From contig JAGIQG010000028.1 of the NCBI GenBank assembly GCA_024679065.1, forward strand, positions 19,716,001 to 19,780,000: a DNA stretch of 64,000 bases, given 5' to 3'. Below are positions 37,461 to 49,600 of the stretch, piece by piece. The DNA comes from Sphyrna mokarran (Eukaryota). The notes beneath the pieces are model-generated. The model did no database searches. It was not told the origin of the DNA and saw nothing but the letters and a program-made list of their open reading frames with translations. Position numbers and translations under genes: made by a program. The stretch's first letter is position 1, and each line of letters starts with the position of its first letter.

Positions 37461-38030
37461 GTAAGCAATTGACCTAAATATGCAGTAAGATGCTAACAGT
37501 TTAAAACTAAAATAGATGGAAGAGAAATTAGTTTAAAACTTTGCGTTTTTGTAACTGATCCCTAAGCGATAGCACACACAATCCCTTTTTATCTTTAGAG
37601 CTAAGGCATGAAGTGCCTTCTAGTTGATTTATATTTTAAGAATATTTTGAGGATTGGCATATATTCTTTCACAACAGATCTTCACTTCATTACCTGTGCC
37701 TTACATCCTCTGCAACCAGAGTTGCCTCAGCCATCTTACTGCAATTTCTGATATAGTGTTATTTCAAGGATGACACTAATGTAGAGACAACAGTATGCCA
37801 CAATCAGCTGAACAGAAATAGGGCCCGAGGAATAAACAGACTTGTTATTACCTTGCTGTTCTCAGGAAGAAGTTACTCACACAAAATATATAATTGTGCA
37901 GTCATCAGTGCATGTAGCCATAATAGCCCATAGAGGAGTATATATAAATACGCATCTGTGCAAATGATCTGTGTGTGTATATATGTAATTGAGCGAGATA
38001 CAGATTAACATTTTTAAAAAATCTACATAG

Positions 38031-38199
38031 TGTCTGGACGCAGTAGTGCATATGGCGATACTACAGTTGAGGGACATCCTGCAGGACCAGGCAGTGTCAG
38101 TTCCAGCACGGGAGCCATTAGTACCACAACTGGACAGCAAGAAGGAGAAGGGTCAGAAGGAGAAGGTGAAACAGAAGGTGACCTACATACAAGCAACAG
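38031..38199 (+). CDS. UBR4: UBR4 exon w23
   Basis: acatag| VSGRSSAYGDTTVEGHPAGPGSVSSSTGAISTTTGQQEGEGSEGEGETEGDLHTSN+AG |gtgaaa. Confidence 0.95.
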
Positions 38200-38360
38200 G
38201 TGAAAAAATGCATTTTAATCTCAAAATTGTAAAGTTATTCTTCCATTTCAGATGCAGTTTAAAACAGACTAGATTTCTTCATACCTTAACCAGAAGTTTA
38301 ATGAAAAATTGTGTTAAAGGCTTGGTGCTTGAATAATTTCCTTTACTCCTTATCTCACAG

Positions 38361-38457
38361 GCTGCACATGGTGCGTCTGATGCTACTCGAGAGACTTTTA
38401 CAGCATCTGCCACAACTCCGTCACGTTGGTGGAGTTCGAGCCATCCCCTACATGCAG
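38361..38457 (+). CDS. UBR4: UBR4 exon w24
   Basis: tcacag| (R)LHMVRLMLLERLLQHLPQLRHVGGVRAIPYMQ |gtgaaa. Confidence 0.96.
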
Positions 38458-38877
38458 GTGAAAATTGTTTGTCCCAGCAGACTTTATCTGACTTATTTTA
38501 CATTTCTAGGGTGATACAAAACATAGTTTTATGTTGGGTAAAAATTGGCATATTAGGTCCATTGGAGAGATAAGTGCTGAATGTATTGTGTTGTCATTTG
38601 GAGAAATTGCAGTGACACCAATGATCTGGAATGAAAAAATGCTAAGTGCTTCATGTCTAGGGCTTATTCTGGTTTTTGTTTCCTTCCGTTACAAAGCCAG
38701 TTCAAGGATGTGGATGCACTAAAACTGATGCAACCTGAGCTCATATCATTGTCATTTTGTAGCATTGAACCCTTCATAATTTTAAACACACTGCATTTCC
38801 TTGTACAACACTGATTAGTAATTTGTGTCTTGTACCTCTCATTTGCTCCATTTGGTCTTTGATCTCTTAAACATTAA

Positions 38878-39730
38878 TAAGAACATAAGAAATAGGAGCA
38901 GGAGTAGGCCATCTAGCCCTTCGAGTCTGCCCTGCCTTTCAACAAGATCATGGCTGATCTGAAGTAGATCATTTCCACTTTTCCACTTTCTCCCCATAAC
39001 TCTTAATTCCCTTGTCTATCAGAAACCTATCTACCTGTGACTTAAATATATTCGGCAAGGTAGCTTTCGCCATTTCAATGGGCAGAGAATTCCAGAAACT
39101 CACCACCCTTTGAATGAAGAAATTCCTTCTCAACTCTGGTCTAAACTGTTCCCTCCCCCCCCCCAATTTTGAGGCTGTGTCCTCTAGTTCTGCTTTACTT
39201 TCTAAGTGGGAAGAATCTCTCTACTCTACTCTATCTAGCCTCTTCATTATCTTATATCTCTTTATAAGATCCCCCCTCAACCTTCTAAACTTTGAGTACA
39301 GACTCAGTCTATTCAATCTCTCTTCATAGGCTAACCCCCTCATCTCCAGTATCAGGCTAGTGAACCTTCCCTGTACTGCCTCCAAGGCCAATATATCCAT
39401 TCGCAAATGCGGTGACCAAAACTGCACACAGCACTCCAGTTGTGGCCTCACCCTGTATAGTTACAGCAAGATCGCTCTGCTTTTATATTCTATCCCCCTC
39501 ACTAGAAAGGCCAACATTCCATTCGCCTTCTTGATCATCTACTGCACCTGCAGACTGGGTTTTTGCAATTCACGCGCAAGGACCCCCAGGTCCCTCTGCA
39601 CCGTAGCATGCTGCAGCTTTTTGCCCTTTAAATAATAATTCCTCCAACTATTATTTCTACCAAAGTGGATAACCTCACATTTGCTAATGTTATACTCCAT
39701 CTGCCAGGTCTATGTCCACTCATTCAACCA
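38878..39730 (-). mobile_element. CR1 3' fragment
   Basis: ORF 39221-39451 RPQLECCVQFWSPHLR...RRLRGDLI; tail taagaacataagaaataggagcaggagtaggcc. Confidence 0.92.
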
Positions 39731-40109
39731 AGTAGTACATCTAACTTGTAACACAGTGCAGTCCTTTCACATAAACCAGTTAAAAAATTTCAAAATGAAG
39801 CAACTCTTAAAATAGAACGAACTGTCTGGTGGAGTAGGTCAGGACTTGATCCTCCTTTGAGTTTAGGGAAAGCTTCCAGTTTTGGCACAATTTGACATCT
39901 CAGCTCCTTTTACAAGTATTAAAACATTATACAGGAACAAAATGAATAGCCATCATAAAGGAAAATTAACAATCATAAAGGAAATGCAGTTAACAAAAAA
40001 ATTGGGTACCAGTTTTTGTGCTGTTGATCAATTTGGAAATGTCTTTAATTTGTGCACAGGCTTCATGCGTTATCGACATTTTCTATGTAAATTTCCTGTC
40101 ATCCAAAAG

Positions 40110-40217
40110 GTAATCTTAATGCTGACTGCAGACCTGGATGGAGAAGATGAGAAAGATAAAGGAGCCTTGGACAACCTTCTGTCTCAACTCATTGCAGAAC
40201 TGTGTATGGACAAGAAG
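40110..40217 (+). CDS. UBR4: UBR4 exon w25
   Basis: ccaaaag| (weak AAG acceptor) VILMLTADLDGEDEKDKGALDNLLSQLIAELCMDKK |gtactg. Confidence 0.94.
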
Positions 40218-40639
40218 GTACTGGGCCCTCAGCAGTCAATCTTCGTGCACTTTTCGCCATTTAAAAGTACACCTTCTATTGATAAGCAGCTCCCAGGGCT
40301 GTTGTGAGGATCACATAGAGATATTATATAGCAATTTGGGCACTTGAATTCTCCCACCCACATTCACGGCCCATCAAGTCTACACCGACCACAATCCCAC
40401 CCCGGCCTTATCCCCATAAATTGAAGTGACAGAGCAGAGTTCGTGTAGTATATATCCTAATGATTATTCAGGCTTATCTGCATCAACTAGTCTCTGAGTA
40501 AAAATGCTGCTGTAGTCTGTTGTACTGAATGCTTTACACACATGTACTTGACACATAGTAAACCAAGCAGTTATGGGCAGATGAAGGGAATGGGTACCCA
40601 AACAGCACCTTTCTTCACATTGTACCTTGTAGTGGTTAT

Positions 40640-41070
40640 GATTCTGGACGAGCTCAGTGTTGTAGTTTCACAAAGGCAAGCTGTGAAATTGAATTCAAGA
40701 CATCTTTAAATTTGTGGACAGGCATCAACAGAATAACCATGAAAGCTACTAGATTGTCCTAAAAAATTTAGATGGTTCTTGATGCCATTCAAGGAATGGA
40801 GGCCAACCTTTTTGTCTGGTCTGGCCCTCACACAACTTCAATCCCACACTACCTGGTTGACTCTTAATGTCCCCTGACGTAACACAGCAAATCATCCACA
40901 GTAAACAAGTGCTTTTAAAGTTAAGTAACGAAGAAAATGGGGACTATTACCATCTGGACTGCAGTAATTTAAGAGGAAATCTACCAGCATTGCCTCAGGA
41001 TAATTAGTGGCTTCCGGTAATTATAAACTTGCTGGTTTTGCATATATCTCGAGAACCAATGAAGTTAAGG
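40640..41070 (+). mobile_element. Degenerate SlmI-like SINE
   Basis: aaccatgaaagctactagattgtcctaaaaa...tctggtctggccct...tggttgactcttaatgtcccctga. Confidence 0.55.
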
Positions 41071-41120
41071 AATTCAGAATCTCTCTTACTGAATTGACTG
41101 TTTATAATTGTGTTGCTCAG

Positions 41121-41234
41121 GATGTTTCTAAGAAGAATGACCGCAGCCCACTCAATGAAGTGCATTTGGTGATCATGAGGCTTCTCAGTGTTTTTATGTC
41201 CCGAACTAAATCAGGATCAAAATCTGCTTCTGAG
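41121..41234 (+). CDS. UBR4: UBR4 exon w26
   Basis: gctcag| DVSKKNDRSPLNEVHLVIMRLLSVFMSRTKSGSKSASE |gtaagt. Confidence 0.96.
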
Positions 41235-42505
41235 GTAAGTGGCTGATGAACAAACCTGTGCAAATCATTGCACGATTTCTGTTAGTGAAATAATTTTTAG
41301 CTGCTTTACTTATGGGGAGATTATAAAATCTGTTTGTTCTTAAACGAAGTGTAAGGACAGAGGAGTGAGAGAGAGAACGAAATCCTCAATGTCCTTTCCC
41401 TTCTAAGTGTAATCAATGTAATTTAATTTCTAAGGCTGCTGTGTGTCCCCAAACTGTTAGTCTGGGGTCAACAGCAGCAAACTTTCATAGATTTAAGCAA
41501 GGGGTATTATTTTTTCACTCACTGCCCTTGAAAGGTCTATTGCTATGTCAACTACAAGACATCCCAGGAATTATGTAATTAGAGACAGTCGTGGACTTCC
41601 ACAAATACTAAAACCAAACAAAATAGCTAGCAGTTTGGTATCTGAGAATATAGTGGAAGGAGGAGGGAGATCTTCCCAGTAGAATTGAAGTTCAGGTAGG
41701 TTCAGATGGCTGGGATCAAACCAGAAGGCTTCATTCAAAGTGAAGACAATTCTGCCGACTGCATAGACAGGTGCTAATGGCTATTAACCAAAGGTCCTAT
41801 TTTTTTACAGGTGACCTAGGAACTGTTCAAAAACTGGTTGAAGGAGGCTTTTAAAGAACTTTAAGCCCCTCTGGCTTTAGAAAGCAAAATGACATGGCCA
41901 TTCTTTGCCATTGTGGTGTGATTAATACTGCATTACAAACTGCCCAGTCTCCTCCTGTTTTGTGGATAAAAAGATTTCAACGTCAGCGAACAGTTCCATT
42001 CAAATGAATGGTCATTAATACACAATGGAAGACAAATGGTGATCTTTCATTGTGTTGAAGGATTTTCACATGATTAAAAACCATTGATGTGCATGAGAAG
42101 GTAGATAGTGGTCTTGAGCACTTCATTGTTGATAATCAATCTCAATAGCTATCCTTTACCTGGCAGATCCAGAGTCAGAAAATCGGCAAGTTTATTTTCC
42201 TTGTGTTTTGGAATAAACCTTGACATAGCAGACATGAGATTCCACCAAAGAGTGCTATTTAAATGTGTCCATTCAAGACAGCCCTCTGCCCATTATCATC
42301 AAATTTGGAACTTTGCAGTAAGCTTCCTAGGCTGTTTAAGTTGCAAAAGTCAGATGATTCTTTGGCCACCACCTTAATAGCTCATTTGGGTCCATTTCAA
42401 AAGGAACAGTTTTTTAAAAATGTAACATTTCATGCCTGGACTGCTATGACAAAAGGAGTATAGATTTCCTGGAAGTTGCAGAAATAATTATTATATTCCT
42501 TGCAG

Positions 42506-42715
42506 GCTTCCTCATTAATCTCCAATGCCACAGCCACTGCTTTGTTAAGTTCAGGAGCCATTGACTATTGCCTCCATGTTCTTAAATCACTGCTGGATTA
42601 TTGGAAAACACAACAGGGTGAAGAAGAAGCTGTGGTAACAAGTCAGCTCCTGAAACCACACACTTCTTCATCGCCTCCAGACATGAGCCCATTCTTCCTG
42701 CGACAATATGTGAAG
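42506..42715 (+). CDS. UBR4: UBR4 exon w27
   Basis: ttgcag| ASSLISNATATALLSSGAIDYCLHVLKSLLDYWK...PPDMSPFFLRQYVK |gtaagg. Confidence 0.96.
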
Positions 42716-43085
42716 GTAAGGCTTTGTAATTAATTATAAGGCTCTGAAGTCGAGTATCAATAAAAAGACTGACATTAAGCTTAGAGTATGAGAAATAAAC
42801 TATTAGTTATGGATTTGCGACATGTTTGAAGAGTAAGAAAATATATATGTTTAAAACATAAAAATAATATAATTTATGTATAAAATTATATAATTATATC
42901 TATTTATAATCTATATATAAAAGATAGAGTTCATGTGAATATGGGGAGGGAAGAATACACATTTTTGCATAAAGTTAGATTTTGCAGCTAACAGATATGT
43001 TAATTTTTATTGTCTTTGGTTCAATAGCACAAGTATGTACGATTTTAATTTTTAAAATCCTTTCTTAATATTTGCTGATTTTCAG

Positions 43086-43235
43086 GGTCATGCTGCAGAT
43101 GTATTCGAGGCGTACTCACAGCTCTTGACTGAAATGGTGCTGAGATTACCATACCAAATAAAGAAGATTGCTGATGCTAACTCTCGGGTTCCACCACCTA
43201 TCTTTGACCATTCTTGGTTCTATTTCCTGTCAGAA
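43086..43235 (+). CDS. UBR4: UBR4 exon w28
   Basis: tttcag| GHAADVFEAYSQLLTEMVLRLPYQIKKIADANSRVPPPIFDHSWFYFLSE |gtgagt. Confidence 0.96.
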
Positions 43236-43341
43236 GTGAGTGCCTGATTCAGTGTTGCACTGCAGTAGCACCAGTTTGTTAGCATGTATGTTTGTGCAGT
43301 TACTGTGTTCCTTTAATAGTGAAAACTTGCTCTTGTTCCAG

Positions 43342-43569
43342 TACCTAATGATTCAGCAGACTCCCTTTGTTCGTCGTCAAGTTCGCAAGCTCTTGCTATT
43401 CATTTGCGGATCAAAGGAGAAGTACCGTCAGCTGCGGGATCTACACACACTTGATTCACATGTACGAGGTATTAAAAAACTGCTGGAGGAGCAGGGAATC
43501 CATTTGCGTGGTGGTGTGGTCACAGCTTCCTCAGGATCTGCTTTGCAATATGACACACTCATTAGCTTG
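43342..43569 (+). CDS. UBR4: UBR4 exon w29
   Basis: ttccag| YLMIQQTPFVRRQVRKLLLFICGSKEKYRQLRDLHTLD...ALQYDTLISL |gtaagt. Confidence 0.96.
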
Positions 43570-43905
43570 GTAAGTTGATGCTTACTGCACATAATCAGGG
43601 TTCTGAAATTTCTGCCTCACAGCAGACCATTAAGTCCTCAAAATTAGTCTGCAATTGTAAAAGTGTTTGTATTATTGAATATTGAATAATAATTCAATAT
43701 TATTTGCAAAATTAAATTAAGGGGCCCTTTTAGGTTTTTTTGTCTTAAACAGTGCTAAATGCAAGTTCACAATTTAATGTACACTGTATCTTTCATCAAT
43801 TTTATATATTTCAACACTCAATTTTCATTATATCAGTGCATGTTTGTTAGTCTTTGCTCTATTCAAAGTGATTAAATGTTAGTTTGATCTCTTTACCTCT
43901 TTCAG

Positions 43906-43984
43906 ATGGAGCATCTAAAGGCCTGTGCAGAGATTGCCAGCCAACGGACAGTAAACTGGCAGAAATTCTGCCTCAAGGATGATT
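43906..43984 (+). CDS. UBR4: UBR4 exon w30
   Basis: tttcag| MEHLKACAEIASQRTVNWQKFCLKDD+T |gtaagt. Confidence 0.95.
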
Positions 43985-44640
43985 GTAAGTCTAACGTTCG
44001 CTAACTTCTCCAAGTTGCAAAGTTGGTGTGCACACACAATTCATTGAACTTCAGTCATAGATAGACCTGCCTTTGTGTTCTGCTGCAGTTTCAAGATCAA
44101 CTAAATTAAAAAAAAAATGCAGCATTTTTCTTCTCATATATCCCAGATTCAAAGAAAACATAAATTTGGACTTGGCTGACCTATCACATTCCTTCAAGCT
44201 AATGTAAAGACTGTGAGATAACTGCATCCCGATTATAATTGAATGGAACAGGACATGGACCGTGCACCAAATCTGTGCCAGTCCTTTGCCATATAAGCCA
44301 TCTTGTTTAATCCATCTATCTCATAACCGTCAGTATTTTTTCAGGCAACTAATTTTCTTCTAAAACTATAAAGTTTTAGATCTGCTACAAAGATTTATGC
44401 ACAAAATCCCATTCAAAGCACTCACAATTTAACAATAAATGAATTTTAAATGAATTATAACATTCCCTCCACTAAGTGCATATTGATTACCTTTTAGAAA
44501 ACAGCCACAAAACATTCTCATCATTTCAGCAGAAGAAATGTTTTGAACTTTGCTGGGATTAAGGTTTGTATTTATGCTGTAAATCAAGTAAACTTTTTAT
44601 CTATGTTTGCCTCTTTCTTTCTTCTCCTCCTCCCCTCCAG

Positions 44641-44877
44641 CTGTTTTATATTTCCTGCTGCAGATTAGTTTCCTTGTGGATGAAGGAGTCTCCCCGGTTC
44701 TCCTTCAGCTGCTTTCATGTGCACTCTGTGGCAGTAAAGTGCTCTCGACAACATCGTCCAGCAGTACAGGGGGCACTGGGACAACTGCAACCTCCTCCAG
44801 CTCAGGGCAGACCGGGTCTCAGTCCAAATCCTCCAGCAAAAAGAGCAAGAAAGAGGAGCGAGAGAAGGAGAAAGATG
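44641..44877 (+). CDS. UBR4: UBR4 exon w31
   Basis: ctccag| SVLYFLLQISFLVDEGVSPVLLQLLSCALCGSKVL...SKKSKKEEREKEKD+G |gtatgc. Confidence 0.96.
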
Positions 44878-45568
44878 GTATGCTAAAAGAACATTGTTGG
44901 AGTACAAACCGTTGTTGGGAGAATTTTATTCTATATGTACATTCGCATATAAAATTAATTTTATAATAAAATAGAAATATTGTTTAAAATAACTGTTAAA
45001 ACAAATAAAAATGGAATATAGATACTTAGGTCTAAGAAAAAAATCTACAGACTTGAACCTCAACTGGTAGGTGGATTACTTACGGCTGCAGATAATCCCA
45101 TGCATGAATTCTAGATTTTCTTTCAATATCACTGATCTTAGAATTCTTTTTAAAGAATGTGATATTAAACAGCTAATATTTACATTTTTCTCCTAATGAC
45201 AATCTGTTAAATAAAAATGTGACTGTGCAGTGGGTGAATTTGCTATCCTTTCAGTTTCTGAACCTGGGGTCAAAGCCAAATTCTAACTGTAGGGGGCTGG
45301 ATTGTTTCTGCTGACAGTGCTGCATGAAATTCTGAAGTCTGGTGCACTTTGATTTGTTTTGTAGTTATTACAGGTCCACAAAGCAATGGTTGTCATGATT
45401 TAACAAAATTGGCAACGATGCTGTAAGAATTCCGGTTGACTGGTATAGGAAATGGAAGCATTTACATTGGAAAACAATCAAAGTTCTTCCTAAGGCTCAG
45501 AACTTTGTTAAAAGAGACACATGATATCTTCTTGACAACGCTGCAATTGACCCGGAAATGCTTGATGG

Positions 45569-45711
45569 CAGTAAGAAGTCTGACAACACCAGGTTTAAGT
45601 CCAACCGATTTATTTGATAGCAACTCACGATCAAATAAATAGGACTTAAACCTGGTGTTGTCGTGCTTCTTTACTACGTTCACCCCAGTCCAACGCTGGC
45701 ATCTTCACATC
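45569..45711. mobile_element. Penelope-type palindrome (centre deleted) with 12-bp TSD
   Basis: Near-identical to the arms of 1059-1261; AATGCTTGATGG at 45557-45568 and 45712-45723. Confidence 0.8.
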
Positions 45712-45723
45712 AATGCTTGATGG

Positions 45724-45835
45724 AACAGAGCTTTACTCTATATCTAATCTCTTTTGTAACTATCCTGGTAATAGTTTATGGGACAGTGTTGCAAGTGCTT
45801 TATTCTATTTCTAACCCATGTTGAATCTATCTGGA
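45724..45835 (+). repeat. About 65-bp dispersed tandem repeat, two degenerate units
   Basis: gagctttactctatatctaatc...atgggacagtgttgcaagtgctttattctatttctaacccatg. Confidence 0.5.
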
Positions 45836-46204
45836 AAAGTTGCCATCTCTGAAGTACCCTGACTTGTCACCCTGTAAAGTATCCTAGCAAGATACAAAAC
45901 TACATAAAATATTCCTATTATACTAATGGGAGAAAAACTAAATCAGACTAAATCAATGACTGCAGCAGCATCTCAGGCCAAGATGAGTATATATCATTAT
46001 TCTTTGTTGTCCTTTGGTCAAAACCTTGGAATTGCTTGTATTTTGGATAAATGTACATGATAGAATCAGCACCACCACAAAGAAGGAGGTGCATTGACTC
46101 AGCCCATCTAGGGGTGGGCAATTTAAGTTCCTGTCATTCTGAACAGTAGGAATGCCATGCTCTCTCATATTAGCTGATAACATTTTCTCCGTTGTTTTTG
46201 ACAG

Positions 46205-46370
46205 AGAATACAAGCAGTCAGGAAGATCAACTCTGCACAGCTTTGGTCAATCAGTTGAATAAATTTGCTGACAAAGAAACTTTGATTCAGTTTTTGCGAT
46301 GTTTCCTATTGGAATCAAACTCCTCATCTGTGCGTTGGCAGGCTCACTGCCTTACTCTACATATCTATAG
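46205..46370 (+). CDS. UBR4: UBR4 exon w32
   Basis: tgacag| ENTSSQEDQLCTALVNQLNKFADKETLIQFLRCFLLESNSSSVRWQAHCLTLHIY+AG |gtaagt. Confidence 0.95.
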
Positions 46371-46824
46371 GTAAGTCAAGGGTCCTCCATTTCATTTAAA
46401 AGGGGATAAATACCAACATGCTCTGCTTAGGGCTGCTGGCCTGTTAATGTCGCAATCTGAATGCAATCTGAATGGTCTAAGCAATGCATGGCTGAACTTA
46501 GAGCCCTGTGTAGGAAGCTACAATAACAACAGCTGAGAGAAGTCAATTGTGGAGGTGTTTCTGGGTTTATAGCCAATTAGACACAATTCAATTTCAGTGT
46601 GACAAAGTTATAGCAGTATTTTAAGACAGAACTCCAGTTATCTTCCACAGAAGGCTTGAAAAAAATATATGTATAGAAATTAACAACAAATACTAGGAAG
46701 TTTTCTAACATCACTATGTTGGATATTGCAGTGGCATAAATGGGACCAGAAAATTGCAAATGAACATTAACTGAGTGAGCAAAATTGGATGATGGAATTC
46801 AATGTCGGGAAGTATTTTTTTTAT

Positions 46825-48440
46825 CGTTACTGACAATGCCAGCATTTGTTCCCTATCCCTAATTGTCCTTGAGAATACAGTGGTGAACCTAAATCATTTG
46901 CAATCCATCTGGTATGGTAACCACACGATGTTTTAGGGAATGAGTTCCAGGATTTTAACCCAATAACAATGAAAGAGTATTGATATATTTCCAAGTCAGG
47001 CTGGTGAGTGGCTTGGAGGGGAATTTTCAGGTGGTGATGTTCCTCTGCCTTTCTTGTCCTTGTCCTTCTAGACTGCAGATATAAAAACTGATGCTGAAGA
47101 ACTGTTGGTGAGTTGCTGCACTGCATCTCGTATATAGTGTACATATCTATCCATGTATGTCAGTGAATGAATGTTCATTCATTGGAAGTGTTGTTGGATG
47201 TGATGCTCATCCAGCCTCCAACAACCTCAATCATATTGCTTTGTGATAGGTATGACTGCAACCAGTGGTGAGTTTTCCCCTTGATGTCAAGAGCAGTTAC
47301 CCTCGTCTCCATTTTATCCTGGACGTGTTGAGCCTCTTGAATGTTGATGGAGTAGCGCTCTCAAGGCAAGTAGAGAGTAATCCATCATGTTCTTGACTTG
47401 AGCCTTGTAGATGGTGGGCAAGCTTTGAGAATCAGGAGATAAGTTATTTGCATCAGAAATCCCAATCTCTGACCTGCTTTTGTAGTTGCAATGTTTATAT
47501 GGCTGAACTAGTTCAGTTTTTGGCCAATGATAATCCCTCTGCACCCCACCTTGGGGTGCTAAGGGTGGGTGATCCAGTAATGGTATTGGCATTGAACGTC
47601 AAAGTGCAATGGTTAGATTCTTTCTTGTTGGAGATGATCATTGCCTGGCACTTGTTTTGCATAAATGTTGCTTGTCATTTATCAGCCCATGCCTGAATCT
47701 TGTACAGGCCTTGCTGCATACAGACATGGACTACTTCAATATCTGAAGAGTTGTAAGCAGTTCTGAACATTGTGCAAATATCAGTTATCTCATAATGGAG
47801 TGAAGGTTCATTGATGAAGCAACTGAATGGTTAGGCCTGGAACACTACCTTGAGGAACATCTGTACTTCTCACAGTCCCGGGGCTGAAATGATTGGCCTC
47901 CAATAACTACAATCATTTTCCTTTGTGATAGGTATGACTACAACCAGTGTTGAGTTTTCCCCTTGATGTCAAGGACAGTCACTCTCATCTTCCTTCTTGA
48001 GTTTCAGCTGTTTTGTCTGTGTTTGGGCCAATGTTGCAAAGAAGTCGGGAGCTGATTGGCGCTGTCGGAACTCAAACATCATCAGCATGCAGGTTATTTG
48101 GTGCACGAGTGTCATTTGATTGCACTGTCACTGACACTTTTCATTATTTTGCTGGTGATTGAGATGAACCTAATGGGTTATGTATGGCCAGATTGGGTTT
48201 GTACTTTTTTTTTTGTGGATAGGAAATCCTAAGCAATTTTTCACATGATCAGATCGTACTAGTATTGGAGCGAGACTGGAATAGTATGTCCAGCTACAAT
48301 AGTTGTTTAATTGTCTTCTACCATTTATGACTCAATGTACCAAGACTACAGAGCTTTGATCTGATCCATTGGCTATGGGATTGCTGAATTCTGTCTGTCA
48401 CATACTGCTTCCAGTGTTTGGAAAGTATGAAGTCATGTTG
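46825..48440 (-). mobile_element. Decayed LINE sharing its 3' tail with the SlmI-like SINE
   Basis: gccagcatttgttccctatccctaattgtccttgagaa is the reverse complement of the SINE tail; decayed RT C-terminus (TIYKAQVKNMMDYSLLA; SFIVIGLKSWNSFP). Confidence 0.75.
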
Positions 48441-48854
48441 TAGGTGCTGACATGTAAGTTGATTGTTGGAAATGGGGTTTTGGTGGTTCCTGAATTTGAA
48501 CTTAATGAACTACTTGTATGCTGTACATAAAATGTGAATGCCAGTGTGCATGGGTGGCTGCCATTTTGAAACATTAAAAAATATAAAACTGATAATTTAT
48601 ATTAAAGTAATTGTTAACAAATGCCTTTAACCACAATGAAAGTATTTGAAAACCAATAAAATTCATTGGCTTTGGCATCCGATAAAAAGAACTCATGGAA
48701 CTCCTTGAGACTTTTTAGCTATGGAGTCATCAGATACATCCCACTTGGATCAAATGTGGTGCTTTCAGTTTTAGGATCATCTGTCCACAACAAATCGTCT
48801 CTCATTCATCCATTGAATTGGATATTCTGCACCGTTTGAGTGCTCTGATGACAG

Positions 48855-49075
48855 TTAGAACATAGAACACTACAGCACAAACAGGCCCTTCGATCCACAA
48901 GTTGTGCCGATCATATCTATACTTACCAGGCCATTGAAGTATCTGTAACTCCCAATCCCATTAAATCCCATGTACTCATCCAGAAGTCTCTTAAAAGACC
49001 CCAGCGAGTTCGCCTCTACCACCACTGATGGCAACCGATTCCTTTCACTCATCACCCTCTGAGTGAAAAACTTAT
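48855..49075 (-). mobile_element. CR1 3' end
   Basis: tagaacatagaacactacagcacaaacaggcccttcg, same tail as the 5564 copy; FFTQRVMSERNRLPSVVVEA. Confidence 0.85.
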
Positions 49076-49254
49076 CTGAGTTGTGCATTAATGTCCCATT
49101 AGTTGATGACAAAACCTCACAAAACATCAAGCATTTGTATTTCCAATCTTTATGAAGGCTTATCCTCTCTCTCACAATTGGGAGGAGGATTAACTTAACA
49201 GCCTGGATTTCTCTTCTCCGTATCCATCCATAAACAGACAGGTTTTTATACGAA

Positions 49255-49600
49255 GATGATGTAGTAGCACTATCATCAGACTAGTAATCCAGAGGTCCAG
49301 GCTATGCACCAAGGAATGGCTGGTGGAATTTAAGTTCAATTAATAAAATCTGGAGTTGAAAGCTAATCGCAGTAATGGTGACCATGAAACAATGGTGACT
49401 TTCTGGTTTACTAATGTCCTTTCGGAAAGGATATATGCCGGCCTTACCTGGCATGTGACTCCAGAATGACAGCATTGTGCTTGACTCTGACTGCCCTCTG
49501 AAATGGCCTAGTGAGCCACTTAGTTCAAGGACAATTGAGGATGAGCAACAACTGCTGTTCTTTCCAGTGATGCCCACATTTCGTGAAAGAATTTTTAAAA
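49255..49600 (+). mobile_element. tRNA-derived SINE (SlmI-like)
   Basis: gactagtaatccagaggtccaggct...ctaatgtccttcggaagga...ctgccctctgaaatggcctagtgagccact...tgcccacatttcgtgaaagaa. Confidence 0.8.

Noticed and set aside
42835-43705. AT-rich hairpins and TATA-like boxes (42835-42925, 43678-43701)
   Set aside because: Expected by chance in very AT-rich low-complexity intron sequence.
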